DNA from: Abditibacteriaceae bacterium
GTDB lineage: Bacteria; Armatimonadota; Abditibacteriia; Abditibacteriales; Abditibacteriaceae
Assembly: GCA_965277285.1 (NCBI GenBank)
Contig: OZ255721.1
Location: 3,360,001 to 3,424,000 of the forward strand
DNA length: 64,000 bases
Reading direction: 5' to 3'
Within the stretch, counting starts at the first letter, position 1. Each line of letters opens with the position of its first letter. The position numbers and the translations under genes are program-made. Below the pieces are notes generated by a model. That model saw nothing but the letters and a program-made list of their open reading frames with translations. It was not told the origin of the DNA and did not search any database. Shown one piece after another: positions 63,169-64,000 of this stretch.

Positions 63169-64000
63169 TTAAATCTGCGCCATCAAAGCGGTCGCTTGCG
63201 CTTCTTGTTGCCGCGCGGCATCCAGAGAATTGGCGGCTTGAAGCAAAAGTGTGCGCGCTTGAGTACTCAATGCGCCATTGGGAGCGAAGTTGCCGCTCGC
63301 ATCCAAAGCCGCCAAATCGTCCATCGCCTGCTGCGCGTTTTGCAAACTCACGGTGGACAAATCGAAGTTTTGCGCCGCTTGTTTCAAAGCCGGAGAACCC
63401 AAGCGGTCGCCCGCCACATTGAGGAACGAGGCCGCATCGCGTCGCGCGGCGATCCATTGCACCAGCGGTTGGTTGCGCCACGCCAACATCGCGCGAACGT
63501 GTTGCAGTATTTGCGCGCCGGTGTCCGGCGTCGCTTTGCTGACGGGTGCCGTTGCAGGCGATTTCGTCATCGCGTTTCCAGTACTCGATGTGTCTGGCGA
63601 GGTGTTAGGCGTTGCTTGCGGCGTGGCCGCATCGTGCGTGCCTGCATTGGAAACGGTGTTTGTGGTGTCCGGCGCAACGGCGTCGTTGCGTGCTAAAGGT
63701 TCGTCGCCTGAACCTGTCGCGGGCGTGGCGGCGGGCGCGGCAGGCTGGACAAAATCGGCGGCGCGCTGGAATTCACTGGACACTAAACGCAACGCTTCCA
63801 GGTTGAGCAAAGTTTGTCCGGCGCGCGGACGATTCATCCACAAAACGGCGCGCCGCACGCCGCGACGATAAACCGCTTTTTCATCCAGCGAAGGCGCCGT
63901 GAAAACCCATGTCGGAGCCACCAAACCTTGCGGCTGTTGCGTCATTTGCGTGCCGATGGGAATCGGCGTCGTCTGCGCCGCGACCGGATTGGGCAAGACC
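63169..64000 (-). CDS. Hypothetical protein, 5'-truncated by the window edge
   Basis: Open frame to the end of the window; Ala/Thr/Pro-rich linker plus helical C-terminus. Confidence 0.6.
   Translation of the reverse strand, partial: VLPNPVAAQTTPIPIGTQMTQQPQGLVAPTWVFTAPSLDEKAVYRRGVRRAVLWMNRPRAGQTLLNLEALRLVSSEFQRAADFVQPAAPAATPATGSGDEPLARNDAVAPDTTNTVSNAGTHDAATPQATPNTSPDTSSTGNAMTKSPATAPVSKATPDTGAQILQHVRAMLAWRNQPLVQWIAARRDAASFLNVAGDRLGSPALKQAAQNFDLSTVSLQNAQQAMDDLAALDASGNFAPNGALSTQARTLLLQAANSLDAARQQEAQATALMAQI

Overview
A 64-kb chromosomal (non-prophage) window from a moderately GC-rich, LPS-making bacterium. A DUF1559/H-X9-DG prepilin-like gene, DUF5693, lpxC and a sortase suggest an Abditibacteriota/Armatimonadota-like organism (inference). 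It holds about 56 CDS: two-component genes, gyrB and gyrA split by a toxin-antitoxin cluster, a LolA-like/TlpA cluster, recA, cinA, hemW, lpxC, pyk, speB, a deoxyhypusine-synthase-like gene, GH57, a sortase plus its LPXTG-like substrate, a BtuCDF-like transporter, glmS and a YtrA-type GntR/ABC operon. No rRNA, tRNA, CRISPR array or transposase is visible. The dominant unexplained signal is a highly iterated 12-bp palindrome, TCGAGTACTCGA (consensus WTCGAGTACTCGAW). By manual count there are 54 exact copies and about 20 near-copies, roughly one per kb. They sit inside genes in all frames (SSTR, xEYS, RVLE/D peptides), right after stop codons and at the core of terminator hairpins, and are spaced more evenly than random. 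At least five families of REP/REPIN-like intergenic hairpins are also present. All counts and coordinates are by eye and need computational confirmation.
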